DNA from: Chloroflexota bacterium
Lineage (GTDB): Bacteria; Chloroflexota; UBA5177
NCBI GenBank assembly: GCA_051002135.1
Contig: JBPCMQ010000060.1
Span: 144,008-208,007, forward strand
Reading direction: 5' to 3'
DNA length: 64,000 nucleotides
Positions 47,632-57,670 of this stretch are shown in pieces. The position numbers were made by a program, and so were the translations under genes. The notes under the pieces are model-generated. The model was not told where the DNA came from, made no database searches, and saw only the letters and a program-made list of their open reading frames with translations. The stretch's first letter is position 1; every line of letters begins with the position of its first letter.

Positions 47632-49212
47632 ATGCGGATGACGGATCTTGTCGCGCGCGCGTTGAGCGTCGCTGTTCTCCTGCTCTTTCTCACCGGCACG
47701 AATACATCGGCCTCTCAGCGGCGTGACCCACCGATTCCGCGGCCCCCCGCCTTGACGGCTGCTTTGACCGACAAACCGCAGTATGTCGTCATGCTCGTTC
47801 TCGACGGGGCCCTGCCGTCCTACTTCAAACTTGCGGACTTCCCTCACCTCCGTGGGCTGATTCGCACCGGAACGCAATACTCCCGTGCCTGGGACGGAAT
47901 GTTGGAGTCCGAAACGCCGACCGGTCACGCGACCCTGGGTACCGGCTCGCTCCCCCGCAGGCATGGCGTGATTTCGTTCGGATGGGTGACGGATCGCAAC
48001 GTCCAGCAGCAGCCGACGAATCCCATTCCGTTACAGCATGGTCAGCTGGAGGAGCTGTTGCATCAATCGGGGGTTCCCTCGATCGCATCGCTGCTCAAGC
48101 AGCACGACCGCTCGGCGCGCGTTGTCGTGACCAGCGGTCACAAGGACTATGCGGTGGATGCGGTAGGAGGCTGGGCGGCGGATTACCTCATGTACTACGC
48201 CGTCAGGAATCAGATCTGGACCCCGCTCTCCATTCCCCGCCACGTTCCCCCGCGATCTGTTTTACAGGCGCCAGGTCTGACGACCTACGCGCCGCACCTC
48301 TACCCGGGACAACAGGACAGCCTGGCCGTTCGTCTCGCGCTCACCGCTTTTCAGCAGATCCATCAGCGCGTCACCATCGTTAACCTGCCGGAGTTTGACT
48401 GGCCGCTGGGTCATCTCCTGGGCGCCGGCGCGGACCGATGGATGGCCTGGAGACTGATGGTCCAGCTCGACAACGATGTTGCGACCATTGAATCCACCTA
48501 TGCCCAGGCGCGCGTACTGAAAAAAACACTGTTTGTGCTGACGGCGGATCACGGCATGCTGACCCTCAACCACCTCATCCCCCACGAGGTGATACAAAAC
48601 GCTGTCAAGTCAGCCGGCGCCAGCACATCCGACTACGAATTCCACTCCGCAGGCTATCTCTGGATTCGCGAACCGGCCAAGATTCCACTCGTCGCGGAAA
48701 AGCTGGTGGCTCTGCACAATCCGCACATCCTGGCGGTCTACTACCGCCAGCCCCACACGTATCAATACACCCGCGAGAGGGATCCTTTATCCCACGTATC
48801 TCCGGCACTGGATGGTGCGTATCGGTTTCTGCTCAGTACATTCGCCGGCCCCAGAGCCCCCCATGTCGTGCTGTTCCTCACCGAGAACACGGGGATAAGC
48901 GGGCGCAACCAGGTGGGTTGGCGCGGAGACCATGGAGGCCCGTCTTGGAATGCGGAGCACATTCCGCTGGTGCTATCCGGCCCGGGAGTCCGCATGGACG
49001 TCACTTCCAGCTATCCGGCAACCCTCTATGACGTGGCTCCCACGGTTCTGTCCCTTCTCGGTGTGCAGCCGCGGGGAATGGATGGCGTCACGCTCGACGA
49101 TGCTTTAACGAATCCGGACGACGCGGGGGTCGCGGCGCAGCAGAATCGTGCCAGGAACCTGGACGGCATCGTGCAAGCGCTGATTGCGAGGTCTCAGCAG
49201 GACGGGCGGTAG
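47632..49212 (+). CDS. Alkaline phosphatase superfamily protein (nucleotide pyrophosphatase/phosphodiesterase-like), secreted
   Basis: A signal peptide is present. VVMLVLDGALPSYF and LTADHGM are metal-site motifs typical of the NPP/AlkP fold. Confidence 0.75.
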   Translation: MRMTDLVARALSVAVLLLFLTGTNTSASQRRDPPIPRPPALTAALTDKPQYVVMLVLDGALPSYFKLADFPHLRGLIRTGTQYSRAWDGMLESETPTGHATLGTGSLPRRHGVISFGWVTDRNVQQQPTNPIPLQHGQLEELLHQSGVPSIASLLKQHDRSARVVVTSGHKDYAVDAVGGWAADYLMYYAVRNQIWTPLSIPRHVPPRSVLQAPGLTTYAPHLYPGQQDSLAVRLALTAFQQIHQRVTIVNLPEFDWPLGHLLGAGADRWMAWRLMVQLDNDVATIESTYAQARVLKKTLFVLTADHGMLTLNHLIPHEVIQNAVKSAGASTSDYEFHSAGYLWIREPAKIPLVAEKLVALHNPHILAVYYRQPHTYQYTRERDPLSHVSPALDGAYRFLLSTFAGPRAPHVVLFLTENTGISGRNQVGWRGDHGGPSWNAEHIPLVLSGPGVRMDVTSSYPATLYDVAPTVLSLLGVQPRGMDGVTLDDALTNPDDAGVAAQQNRARNLDGIVQALIARSQQDGR

Positions 49213-49224
49213 CCGCCCCGCGAC

Positions 49225-49482
49225 CTACCCCTGTATCGGGATCAACATGACGGAGTCGGCCAGGATACGGCCACCGGGTTGGGGCGCAACGCCGGCAACG
49301 GGGAGGAGGCGACCCTCATCTCTGCAGTCCGGACACTTGCCGAGTCCGCGGACGCACGCCGGAATTTCGACATCGTCCTCGATTGGCACATCGAGATCGA
49401 CCTCGTGCTTGCAATCGAAAGCAGCGTGGACCTGAGCCATGAATGCCTCGCTTTGTGGACGGACAACGACATCCCTCGTCAT
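49225..49482 (-). CDS. Small Cys-containing hypothetical protein
   Basis: The internal start is MTRDVVV. CKH...ACVRGLGKCPDCRDEG are candidate ligands. The upstream part of the ORF is Arg-rich and unlikely to be coding. Confidence 0.35.
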   Translation of the reverse strand: MTRDVVVRPQSEAFMAQVHAAFDCKHEVDLDVPIEDDVEIPACVRGLGKCPDCRDEGRLLPVAGVAPQPGGRILADSVMLIPIQG

Positions 49483-49705
49483 TGAGCTGCGTCGTTGCTC
49501 GGTGGTTCGCCGGCCGCCTGTCGCATTGTAGCTGCCGGTTTGGCACGGATTGGTCTTACACTGGAATCGTCCGTTACTAGACGGTGAGCGAAAGGTGCGA
49601 ATGGTGGAAGCATTCGGGCGACGCAGGAGAGCCAAATGAGCGACACCTCCGCCCTGCCCAAGCGCATGCCCCAGACGAAGAGTAGCCGGTCGCGGGTCCG
49701 TCACG

Positions 49706-50449
49706 TTGCCACGCCGGCGGCGACGTCCTCACTCATTTACTGAATCAATGCATGCGGTAGCCCGCGACGCCATAGGAATGTGGTGCAGAAGAGCCGTCGT
49801 CCACCGTGTGAGGTTGACCGCGATCGAAGGCCTGGAGAATGTTCCCCGGGCGGGTCCCGTCCTGGTGGTCAGCCGCCATTTTCACCACCTGTACGACGGG
49901 GTCGTGTATCTGGCTATTCTGCGACGCCAGGTGCACATCCTGGTCGCTCTCGATTGGGTATCGAGTCCACGGCTGCGATGGCTGATGGAGCCGGCTTGCT
50001 CCGTCGCGGAGTTGCCGGTCGTGCTGCGGCGTGAGCGTCTACGGCGTGCCCGGGGATCGGGATACGCGGGGCCAAAGAGCGCCTATCGAGCAACCGAGGC
50101 GGGGAAATACCTGAGGAGAGGTTTGAGGTTCTCGGTGTCTCTGCTGAGGCGAGGCCGCCTCCTGGTCATCTTCCCTGAGGCCTACCCGAACGTCGATCCC
50201 ATCGAAACTCCCAAGACCGATGCGGCTGACTTCCTGCCGTTTCGACGTGGCTTCGTGACGTTGATCCAGATGGCGCAGCGGGACGGACAGACACGCGTGG
50301 CCGTCGTGCCGGCGGGGCTGAGATATCGGGATGCCGGCAGCTGGCACATCGGTGTCCGCTTTGCGGCGCCGCTGTATCTGGAGTCCGGCGACGATCCGGC
50401 CGCGTTTACCGATCGCGTGGAGCGAGAGGTCAAGGCGCTTTCCGTTTAG
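49706..50449 (+). CDS. Lysophospholipid acyltransferase (PlsC-like) family protein
   Basis: VSRHFHHLYDG is an HxxxxD-like motif, and VIFPEAYPNVDP is the acyltransferase motif III region. Confidence 0.7.
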   Translation: MPRRRRRPHSFTESMHAVARDAIGMWCRRAVVHRVRLTAIEGLENVPRAGPVLVVSRHFHHLYDGVVYLAILRRQVHILVALDWVSSPRLRWLMEPACSVAELPVVLRRERLRRARGSGYAGPKSAYRATEAGKYLRRGLRFSVSLLRRGRLLVIFPEAYPNVDPIETPKTDAADFLPFRRGFVTLIQMAQRDGQTRVAVVPAGLRYRDAGSWHIGVRFAAPLYLESGDDPAAFTDRVEREVKALSV

Positions 50450-50511
50450 AAGTGCCGCCCGTAGCAACGCACTCACGAGCGCCGGAGTGCACCTAGGGAG
50501 GAACCAGGGCC

Positions 50512-52017
50512 TCAATGCTCCAGCGTCATCTGTTGGATGACGTCCAACAGGCGGCTCCCGGGATTGTGGCCGGGAACATACCGGCGAATTTGACTCTGCG
50601 CGGGAAACCCACCGGATAGCATGCTGGCCTCCATCGCTTTTGCCGCTTCCGGCCACTGCGTGTCCACGAGCGCGATGGGATCCGCGTCCGCGATCTGATC
50701 TACGGACACCCCCAAGTGTTCCGCCCAGAGACGAACCCTGAGATGTCGGGCCGCCGATGGAACGATAGCGTGTACGTTCATCTCGGTGTCGGTCGCTAAT
50801 CCACGGCCGTTCAAGTTGGCGGAGCCGACCGAAAACCACTCGTCATCGACGATGGACACCTTGGCATGCACGTAGATGGGTAGGTAGCGATAACCTGTGG
50901 TACCCATCGCCGGTCCGCCGGAGTACAGCGAAAAGGCGTGAAAGATACCCCTTCCTCTGTCGGCGTGGGACAGGAGCCTGACATGCTCGTCGTTGTCATA
51001 CTTCCCCGTATAGGCCTTCGCGGGGAGAACGACAACGATCCGAAACGGCCCGGACCGGTTACGGTTCATCGCGTCGACGAGAGCATCCACCACCTCCGGC
51101 GACCAGAGGTACTGATTTTCCAGGTAGACGTACCGCCGAGCCCGGCGAATAGCCGAGGTGAGGACGTGGTAGATGCCGAACTCGCCGTGTGGAGCAAACG
51201 GATAAAAGCCGGCGGGGACGGTCCGCACGATCTGTGCCGGCATGCTGCCGGCCGGCTCGATCGGCTTCACCGATAGTGGTTCGAGTCGCTCGCCGGTCAC
51301 CACGTTCCATCGCTGACAAAAGTTCTCTTCGACGTCGCTGACCAGCTCTCCACGGATACGCACCTGGACGTCGTGCCATCCCGGTCCAAAGCGCAACGGG
51401 TGCTCGCTCGTGTCCCACCGATCGCCCTGGAAGGTACTGAGGTCCATCCCTCCAACGAATGCCAGATGTCCATCTATGGTCACCGCCTTTTGATGGTGAT
51501 CGTGACTGAAGCTCGCGCGGTGATCGAGCTCGCACCGAACCTTGGGAGCGTAACGATTCAGGATCTTCTGTACATCTTTTGCCATGCGGTCCGTCGGTTC
51601 GAAAAGTGCCGGGGCGCCGCTCCAGAGCAGGACGTATACTTCCGCTCGTTCGGATGCGCGACGCAGAACGTCGACCAAAATCGACTCGCCTTCCCTCTTA
51701 CCGCGGAGCAAAGCCATCAGTGGGGTGAGGGACCAACCACAGATCGTCACGCGCTCTCGGGCGGCAAGCAGGGCCTCATACAGGTCATTGAAGTACTCGT
51801 CGCCGTGAAGCAAGGGCTCGAGGGCATTGTGGCCGCGCGGCGGAAAGCCTCCGCGGAACCAGCGCTCATCCTCCCAGGGTTCCGGAAGTGGGGGAAGATC
51901 GTTGTTTTGGTCCTTCTCTATCGACTGGCCGCGTCGATGGAGTGGCCCGACCAATTTTCGTACGGGGAGGAAAAGCACGGAGCTCAGTCGCGCGGCTGCG
52001 GCTAGTGGATCCGTCAC
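50512..52017 (-). CDS. Phospholipase D family protein (cardiolipin synthase-like, two HKD motifs)
   Basis: HQKAVTIDGHLAFVGGMDL and HAKVSIVDDEWFSVGSANLNGRG are the HxK(x)4D motifs. Confidence 0.85.
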   Translation of the reverse strand: MTDPLAAAARLSSVLFLPVRKLVGPLHRRGQSIEKDQNNDLPPLPEPWEDERWFRGGFPPRGHNALEPLLHGDEYFNDLYEALLAARERVTICGWSLTPLMALLRGKREGESILVDVLRRASERAEVYVLLWSGAPALFEPTDRMAKDVQKILNRYAPKVRCELDHRASFSHDHHQKAVTIDGHLAFVGGMDLSTFQGDRWDTSEHPLRFGPGWHDVQVRIRGELVSDVEENFCQRWNVVTGERLEPLSVKPIEPAGSMPAQIVRTVPAGFYPFAPHGEFGIYHVLTSAIRRARRYVYLENQYLWSPEVVDALVDAMNRNRSGPFRIVVVLPAKAYTGKYDNDEHVRLLSHADRGRGIFHAFSLYSGGPAMGTTGYRYLPIYVHAKVSIVDDEWFSVGSANLNGRGLATDTEMNVHAIVPSAARHLRVRLWAEHLGVSVDQIADADPIALVDTQWPEAAKAMEASMLSGGFPAQSQIRRYVPGHNPGSRLLDVIQQMTLEH

Positions 52018-52219
52018 GCTTGTGTCTCCTCCCGACTGTCGTCCCCGGCGTTGCTCCTGGCCACGACCTCGCGATCGAGTTTACGCCGGGCGCCGGCGAG
52101 GAGGGCGGTTGTCACTGCAACCTCTTCGCCATACTACTCGCCGCGGTCGGCAGGAAAGCGATGCTCCGCGGAGGCGCGGGTGATTGGTCGGACCTCGCGG
52201 AGTATGCCAGGTTTGCCGA

Positions 52220-52588
52220 CTACTCTTCGACGTGCGTTTCCAAAGAGGCAAGCGACAGGACGGCCAGCTCGAGCGCCACACGGACGCGGAACGGGATGAG
52301 ACTTGTACCCAGCAGGGCCTCGATGCGAGCAAGCCGATACAGCAGCCCACTTCGGTGGAGGTATAGGGCTTCGGCGGAACGTGTCGCATTGCACCCGTGC
52401 GCGAGATACGTGGCAAGTGTTCTCAACAGATCCGCATTGTGCCGTCGATCGTAGGCGGCGAGAGGCTCGAGGGCCGTCCCGGCTCTCAGCCGTGTGGCGG
52501 ACATCGCGGCATCCAAGAGGTCGGAGAGTGGGTCTGTGGTCACGGCGCCCTCAAATCGGCGCGGCGGCCGGCTCCGACGGGCGGGCAC
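52220..52588 (-). CDS. PucR-type C-terminal HTH domain protein (stand-alone, possibly a remnant of a larger regulator)
   Basis: LLRTLATYLAHGCNATRSAEALYLHRSGLLYRLARIEALLG matches HTH_30/PucR C-terminal domains. It is only 122 aa, with no room upstream for the sensor domain. Confidence 0.45.
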   Translation of the reverse strand: MPARRSRPPRRFEGAVTTDPLSDLLDAAMSATRLRAGTALEPLAAYDRRHNADLLRTLATYLAHGCNATRSAEALYLHRSGLLYRLARIEALLGTSLIPFRVRVALELAVLSLASLETHVEE

Positions 52589-52668
52589 TCACACCGGCTC
52601 GGCGGTCGCGCCTTACCGCACCGTCTCATCGGCAGCAGATGCCTGCGGACAGACACGGAGAATCCGCA

Positions 52669-53964
52669 CTAGCATTCGCCCGCTGCTCGCGCACCGATTC
52701 TCAGCCGCGCAAAGACAGCCCGTTCGTAAACGGAGAGGGTCTGAGCCGTGATGCGTGACCAATCGTAGGGCTGCATTGAAAAACGCGCTTGCCGCCCCAT
52801 GGCTGTGATGTGTGGGCTGAACAGTCCTTCGGTCAGGGCGCGGACAAAGTCGTGCTCGTCGCCGGGCCGGGCGAGAAAGCCTGTTTTCCCGTCTTCGATG
52901 GTCGACGAAAGCCCGCCCACGTCGAAGGCCACAACCGGTGTCTGGCAAGCCATGGACTCGATTGCCACCATACCGAAGGCTTCGTACGCGGAGGGAACCG
53001 CACACACGTCTGTCGCCGAATAATAGCGGGCGAGCTCCTCGTGTGGGACGATACCCCGAAAGTCGACGGCGTGTCCGATGCCCAGGGATGCCGCCAGCTG
53101 GCGGTACGAACGTGCAGTCGTGCCCCTGGCCTGGCCATGCTCGCCGAGAACAACGATGCGCACATCCTGGCCCGATGAATTCCGCACAGCCGCCACCACG
53201 CGCAGAAGAGTCTCCAATCCTTTGATGCGATCCACGCGGCCGACGAACAGGACGAGGCGCTCCCCGCCCAGCTTCAGATAGCGTCTGCTTTCTACCTTGT
53301 CGTATGGGCGAAACGCCTTCAGATCGACCCCACAGGGAATGACCTCAAAGTGCGCGGGGGAGCGGGCGTAAAGGTCACGCATGAGCTCGGCTTCCCCGGC
53401 AGTGGCGCCCACGACGGCGTCTACCGAGGTCATGAGGCACCGCTCCGCGTCCAGGCGCAACGCCGAGTCAGATCCGTCCTGGAACCCCAGGAATCTTTCT
53501 TTGGCCTTGAAGAGGGTATGAAACATGTGTATGACCGGCGTGCGTGGATCGTCGCGGACACGCATCGCAGCAAGTCCTGACAGCCAGTAGTGACTATGCC
53601 AGACGTCGTACCGTAGATCCTCGGAGACGACGAATTCCCGGATGGAGCGCACCGTGGAGGGGATGTGAAGAGGAAGAAGTTTCTTGGGAACGTGCCGCGC
53701 CGGTCCTCCCTCCACGTGGACGACTCGAAGGCCATTGCGTACCTCGATGATCGCCGGCGTCGCTCGATCGTGTCGCCTCGTGAAGATGTCAACCTTGATG
53801 CCCAGGTCGCCAAGTCCTTCCGCCAGACGCAGAACGTACACGTTCATTCCCCCAGCGTCCACGCTCCCTATGCGGGCCAGGGGCGACGTGTGCAGGCAGA
53901 CGAGGGCGACGCGCGCTACCGGAGTGGATCTAGCCACGGTATCGATAGATCGGACCGGCGACAT
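52669..53964 (-). CDS. Family 4 glycosyltransferase, MshA-like (D-inositol-3-phosphate glycosyltransferase-like)
   Basis: RVALVCLHTSPLARIGSVDAGGMNVYV is the MshA-type N-terminus. EAFGMVAIESMACQTPVVA is the GT4 C-terminal motif. The start was chosen at an internal ATG and is uncertain. Confidence 0.85.
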   Translation of the reverse strand: MSPVRSIDTVARSTPVARVALVCLHTSPLARIGSVDAGGMNVYVLRLAEGLGDLGIKVDIFTRRHDRATPAIIEVRNGLRVVHVEGGPARHVPKKLLPLHIPSTVRSIREFVVSEDLRYDVWHSHYWLSGLAAMRVRDDPRTPVIHMFHTLFKAKERFLGFQDGSDSALRLDAERCLMTSVDAVVGATAGEAELMRDLYARSPAHFEVIPCGVDLKAFRPYDKVESRRYLKLGGERLVLFVGRVDRIKGLETLLRVVAAVRNSSGQDVRIVVLGEHGQARGTTARSYRQLAASLGIGHAVDFRGIVPHEELARYYSATDVCAVPSAYEAFGMVAIESMACQTPVVAFDVGGLSSTIEDGKTGFLARPGDEHDFVRALTEGLFSPHITAMGRQARFSMQPYDWSRITAQTLSVYERAVFARLRIGARAAGEC

Positions 53965-54595
53965 GCATCGCGCTGAAGAGGTCGCGCTGTTTGCCGAAGG
54001 TGAAATCGTTGATTTTCCAGTGACCATTGAATGTGTCCAGCTCCACCAAGCCCCACCTGCCCGGTTGTGCCCAACCCCGCGTGAGCAAGGTCCCATGCGC
54101 GGCCGCCGCCGCGGTAAACATCACACACCGTACCGTGGATTGCGCCAACCAAGTGCCCATCATGCTTGGATCACCTGTCTGTCCCTCGCCATCGCCGAAA
54201 TTCCCATAGCGTAGCCCGCTGTTGTACTGATAGTACGGGAGCTGTGATGTCACGGCTCCCGCGTTCTTGGCGCGAAATGCCGCGCACAGATCGCTCAACA
54301 GGGAGCCATACGAGCCACCAACCCTGGCTGGTCCAGGCAAAGGCCCGCCGGTATTCGACGCCGGCGCCGGAGTCACCGCGGGAATCGGCGTTCTAGCGCC
54401 GGTCGCGGTTGGACCCGTATTGATCCGGATCGAGGCCGTGGCCCGCGCGTTCGCGGTAGCATCAGTCTGAGACACTGTCCTCGGTCCCGCGGAAGAGCCG
54501 CATCCGGCCAAAAGAAGCGTGAGGATCAGCAACAAAAGAGTGCGCACGAGACATCTCCCAGGAACATGACGACGCAGGCCCCTTCGCCTGCGCAC
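53930..54595 (-). CDS. Hypothetical lipoprotein
   Basis: A signal peptide with lipobox LLAGC is present. No family was recognised. Confidence 0.6.
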   Translation of the reverse strand: MRRRRGLRRHVPGRCLVRTLLLLILTLLLAGCGSSAGPRTVSQTDATANARATASIRINTGPTATGARTPIPAVTPAPASNTGGPLPGPARVGGSYGSLLSDLCAAFRAKNAGAVTSQLPYYQYNSGLRYGNFGDGEGQTGDPSMMGTWLAQSTVRCVMFTAAAAAHGTLLTRGWAQPGRWGLVELDTFNGHWKINDFTFGKQRDLFSAMHVAGPIYRYRG

Positions 54596-54663
54596 GCGGA
54601 TTCTACCACGCTACGAGAAAGGCGGGGCCGTCACGAGCAGAGCTTGGGGTATGGAACACGGGT

Positions 54664-55563
54664 TCATACCAGGACGCGAAGAGCTCCGGGCAGGATCTGA
54701 AACGAATGGAAGCGATCCTCGTACAGCTCTCCGTCAAGATCGAGCTGTGTCGGCCGCGAGAGCTGGATCGACACTGTACTACCCCTGGCCGTGAACACCT
54801 GTGGATGCTCCACGTGTAGCCCGGGGTAAATTTTCCATATTTGAGTGAACAGCTCGGGACGAGAAAAATCGCCGAGGACAACCACGTCCAGCAGACCGTC
54901 CGCCATATTCGCCACGGGAGCGATCTTCATCCCGCCGCCGAAGAAGCGACCATTCGCCGCCACGACGCTCAGGAGGCGTCCTGCATACAAGCACGCACCG
55001 TCCACGAGGACCCGCCCGTCCACTGGCTGGGAGGCGGCGCAGGCATGGAGAGCCGCGAAGAGAAAGGACAGGCGACCCGGAAGATGTGAGTGCATGGAAG
55101 CCTCACGCGCCACCACGGCAGCTCCTATGCCTGTCTCGCCGAAATTGACGAACACGCGCCTGCGCGTGGTTGTTTCGCAGGCGCCCAAATCGACGCGTGC
55201 AGACCTGCCGCTGAGAATCCGCTGCGCGGTGCTCTCCGTGGCTCGGCTCATCCGAAGATTTCGGGATAGGTCCATTCCCGTGCCCGCATAGACGAGGCCG
55301 AGTGGCACAGTGGCATCGCCGTTGCCGGCGGCATACAGGCCGTTGACCACCTCGTGAAAGGTGCCGTCGCCGCCGGCGGCGATAATCGCTGCGGGCCGGC
55401 GCTTCAAGAGCTCGCCCACTAGTTGTTCGGCATGTCCCGGGCCTTCGCTTCGCACGGCCCGGACTGTCACCCCGCTTCGGTCCAGGAGCCGTTCGACTCT
55501 CGCCCACCGCGCCTCGGAACGTCCGTTACCGGCGGCGGGATTGACGATGGCGGCAATCACCAT
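54664..55563 (-). CDS. Diacylglycerol kinase catalytic-domain lipid kinase (YegS/DgkA-like)
   Basis: MVIAAIVNPAAGNG and AAGGDGTFHEVVNGL are DAGK_cat motifs. The internal ATG start was used. Confidence 0.8.
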   Translation of the reverse strand: MVIAAIVNPAAGNGRSEARWARVERLLDRSGVTVRAVRSEGPGHAEQLVGELLKRRPAAIIAAGGDGTFHEVVNGLYAAGNGDATVPLGLVYAGTGMDLSRNLRMSRATESTAQRILSGRSARVDLGACETTTRRRVFVNFGETGIGAAVVAREASMHSHLPGRLSFLFAALHACAASQPVDGRVLVDGACLYAGRLLSVVAANGRFFGGGMKIAPVANMADGLLDVVVLGDFSRPELFTQIWKIYPGLHVEHPQVFTARGSTVSIQLSRPTQLDLDGELYEDRFHSFQILPGALRVLV

Positions 55564-55639
55564 GGATGCTGTAAATCCGGCCCCTTTCCCGGTTTGCGTT
55601 ATACTAAACCACCTGAGAGCACGAAAAGGAGCAGGCCGT

Positions 55640-56023
55640 TTGGCCGAGCAAGAACCACAGGAACTGAGCCAGGACGCCCTCGCTCGCATTGAAAGCGTTG
55701 TCAGGAGCCTACAAGAAGATCGTGTCGAACGGGGTGTTGCTCTCGCTATTCCTATGCGATGCGACAGCTGTCAAGATGAGAAGTCTTCGGCGGGAAGCGC
55801 GATGTACGGGGCGTACAAGTTGTGCAACGATTGCTTGCTCGACTTCACGGTCGCACTGGCGTCCGGGCGAGTGGCGAGCGTTGTTGAATTCATGACTCGC
55901 ACGTCGGATGGTCCGGATTCCGCTCCACCTCCCGATCTATCCGAACAGCACGAGCGCTCCTCCGTGAAGTACAACGCCAGGCTGTCGCGTGACAAGCTCA
56001 TGCCGAGCAACGAGCCCTGCTGA
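55640..56023 (+). CDS. Small hypothetical zinc-ribbon protein
   Basis: A TTG at 55640 is 9 nt after AAAAGGA. CDSCQ...CNDC are the Cys pairs. The call is weak; it could be shorter, from the internal ATG. Confidence 0.35.
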   Translation: MAEQEPQELSQDALARIESVVRSLQEDRVERGVALAIPMRCDSCQDEKSSAGSAMYGAYKLCNDCLLDFTVALASGRVASVVEFMTRTSDGPDSAPPPDLSEQHERSSVKYNARLSRDKLMPSNEPC

Positions 56024-56193
56024 CAAGAAACCTCGGGCATGGCGCTGCTGAAAGCTGCCGGGACGGTGCCTATTCCGCGGCTCGGCAACAGCGAAAGCGC
56101 GCGGAGCTGGAGCTGTTCAACCTGCGAGAGGTGAGAAGGTCGTAGGACCTGGGCGAACGTCAAACATTTTAGTGCGCGAAGCATGAGCCCGAC

Positions 56194-56598
56194 ATGCATG
56201 TAGTCATCATGGGATCTGGACGAACCGGCTCTCGTCTAGCGGCGATGCTCGACGAGGCGAACCACGATGTCACCGTCATCGACTGGGACATCCGCGCCTT
56301 TCGACGGCTTCCGAACACATTTTCGGGCACGACCTTCATGGGCAACGGGGTGGACGAGGACATCTTGCGCGCGGCCGGGATCGAAGGAGCGGACGTATTC
56401 GTCGCGACCACGAGCGGCGACAACCGAAACGTCATGGCCAGCCAGATCGCCAAACAGGTTTTCGAAGTCCCTAAGATCATCAGCCGGATCAAAGATCCAA
56501 TTCGTGCCGAGATTTATCGCGACCTGGGATATGATGTGGACTGTCGAACCACGAGAGGCGCAGACGCTGTCCTCGCATTGCTCGAGCCGGAGAGCTAG
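56194..56598 (+). CDS. TrkA-N (NAD-binding) domain protein, K+ transport regulatory subunit-like
   Basis: MHVVIMGSGRTGSRLA is the Rossmann GxGxxG motif. The protein is 134 aa. Confidence 0.8.
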   Translation: MHVVIMGSGRTGSRLAAMLDEANHDVTVIDWDIRAFRRLPNTFSGTTFMGNGVDEDILRAAGIEGADVFVATTSGDNRNVMASQIAKQVFEVPKIISRIKDPIRAEIYRDLGYDVDCRTTRGADAVLALLEPES

Positions 56599-57590
56599 AG
56601 TACGCGGCGCAGCCGCGGGTTCCTCGTCATCCCGGGAAGTCTGCCGCGCTTGGCGATGGCCGCTCCCTCAATCTCCCGAATGTCGGCTGTGAAGTCAATG
56701 GGACACGCGCCACTGATATAACTGCCGACGCCGAAGCTGTCCACGGGCGCCCCGTAGTCGCGAAAGGCGGTGATGCGTTCGGGCGTCATGCCTCCGCTGA
56801 CGGTGATGAGCACCGACCCGAAGCCGGCCTCATCAAGTCGCGCTCGAAGCTCGGTCACAAGGGCGGGCGTCACCCCTCCCCGTTCCGACGGGGTGTCCAA
56901 ACGCACGCCCTCGAGGCGCGGGCCGAGGGCTCCGGCAACGCGAAGGCTTTCCACAGTCTCGTCCTGAAACGTGTCGACGAGGATGATGCGCGGAATGTCG
57001 TGCGGCATGACAGCATCGAACGCCTCCGCGGCGCGAACCGTATCGCCGACGATGAGCACGTACGCATGTGGCATCGTGCCGGCGGGTTTCTTTCTCGCCA
57101 GTGCCGCCCCGAGGGGCGTGGAACACGTGAGGCAGCCTCCGACAACCGCTGCGTAGTCCATGATGGCGGCGACATTAGGATGGACGTGACGGGCACCAAA
57201 GCTCACCACGGGAGTCTCGCCTGCCGCCTCCACCGCCGCGCGCGCCGCCGTTGCCCAGGCAGTGCACGAGGCGAGAATGCCCAGCAGCGCGGTTTCGAAG
57301 CGGCCGAATGAGCCGTACAGTGCGAGAATTTCGACGGCGGCCTCTCCCGGTTGTACGGTCTCCCCCTCGGCGAGCATCCACAGCTCGCCGCCAAAGCTCG
57401 TCTCCTCAAATAGCTGACGGACCTGTCCGCCGCCGCAGAACACGCCGCCCAGACGGCAGAAAACCTGCATGCCCACAAATGGGTCCAGGTCCAATCGCCG
57501 CAGGACTTCGCGACTGCGCAGAAAGTAGACGTCGGCCGTCTCGGCGGTGGCGACCTGGGGCAGAAGCGGAAAGTCCACGTCGGACACCAC
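56595..57590 (-). CDS. Nicotinate phosphoribosyltransferase family protein
   Basis: The length and the motifs GARHVHPNVAAI, MPHAYVLIVGD and SFGVGSYIS are consistent with the NAPRTase family. Confidence 0.75.
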   Translation of the reverse strand: MVSDVDFPLLPQVATAETADVYFLRSREVLRRLDLDPFVGMQVFCRLGGVFCGGGQVRQLFEETSFGGELWMLAEGETVQPGEAAVEILALYGSFGRFETALLGILASCTAWATAARAAVEAAGETPVVSFGARHVHPNVAAIMDYAAVVGGCLTCSTPLGAALARKKPAGTMPHAYVLIVGDTVRAAEAFDAVMPHDIPRIILVDTFQDETVESLRVAGALGPRLEGVRLDTPSERGGVTPALVTELRARLDEAGFGSVLITVSGGMTPERITAFRDYGAPVDSFGVGSYISGACPIDFTADIREIEGAAIAKRGRLPGMTRNPRLRRVL

Positions 57591-57670
57591 CTTTCTTCGC
57601 TGATAGGGATCGTGACATTAAAAGAAGCGGGAAGATAGCATGCCATCTTCCCGCCTCCTCACGAGCTCTT

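Noticed and set aside
52613-53178. Two ORFs (130 aa on -, 129 aa on +) inside the GT4 gene
   Set aside because: They are out of frame or antisense to the MshA-like glycosyltransferase, which has clear motifs.
55594-55605. TTGCGT immediately followed by TATACT considered as a promoter
   Set aside because: The two hexamers are adjacent with no spacer, so they cannot form a -35/-10 pair.
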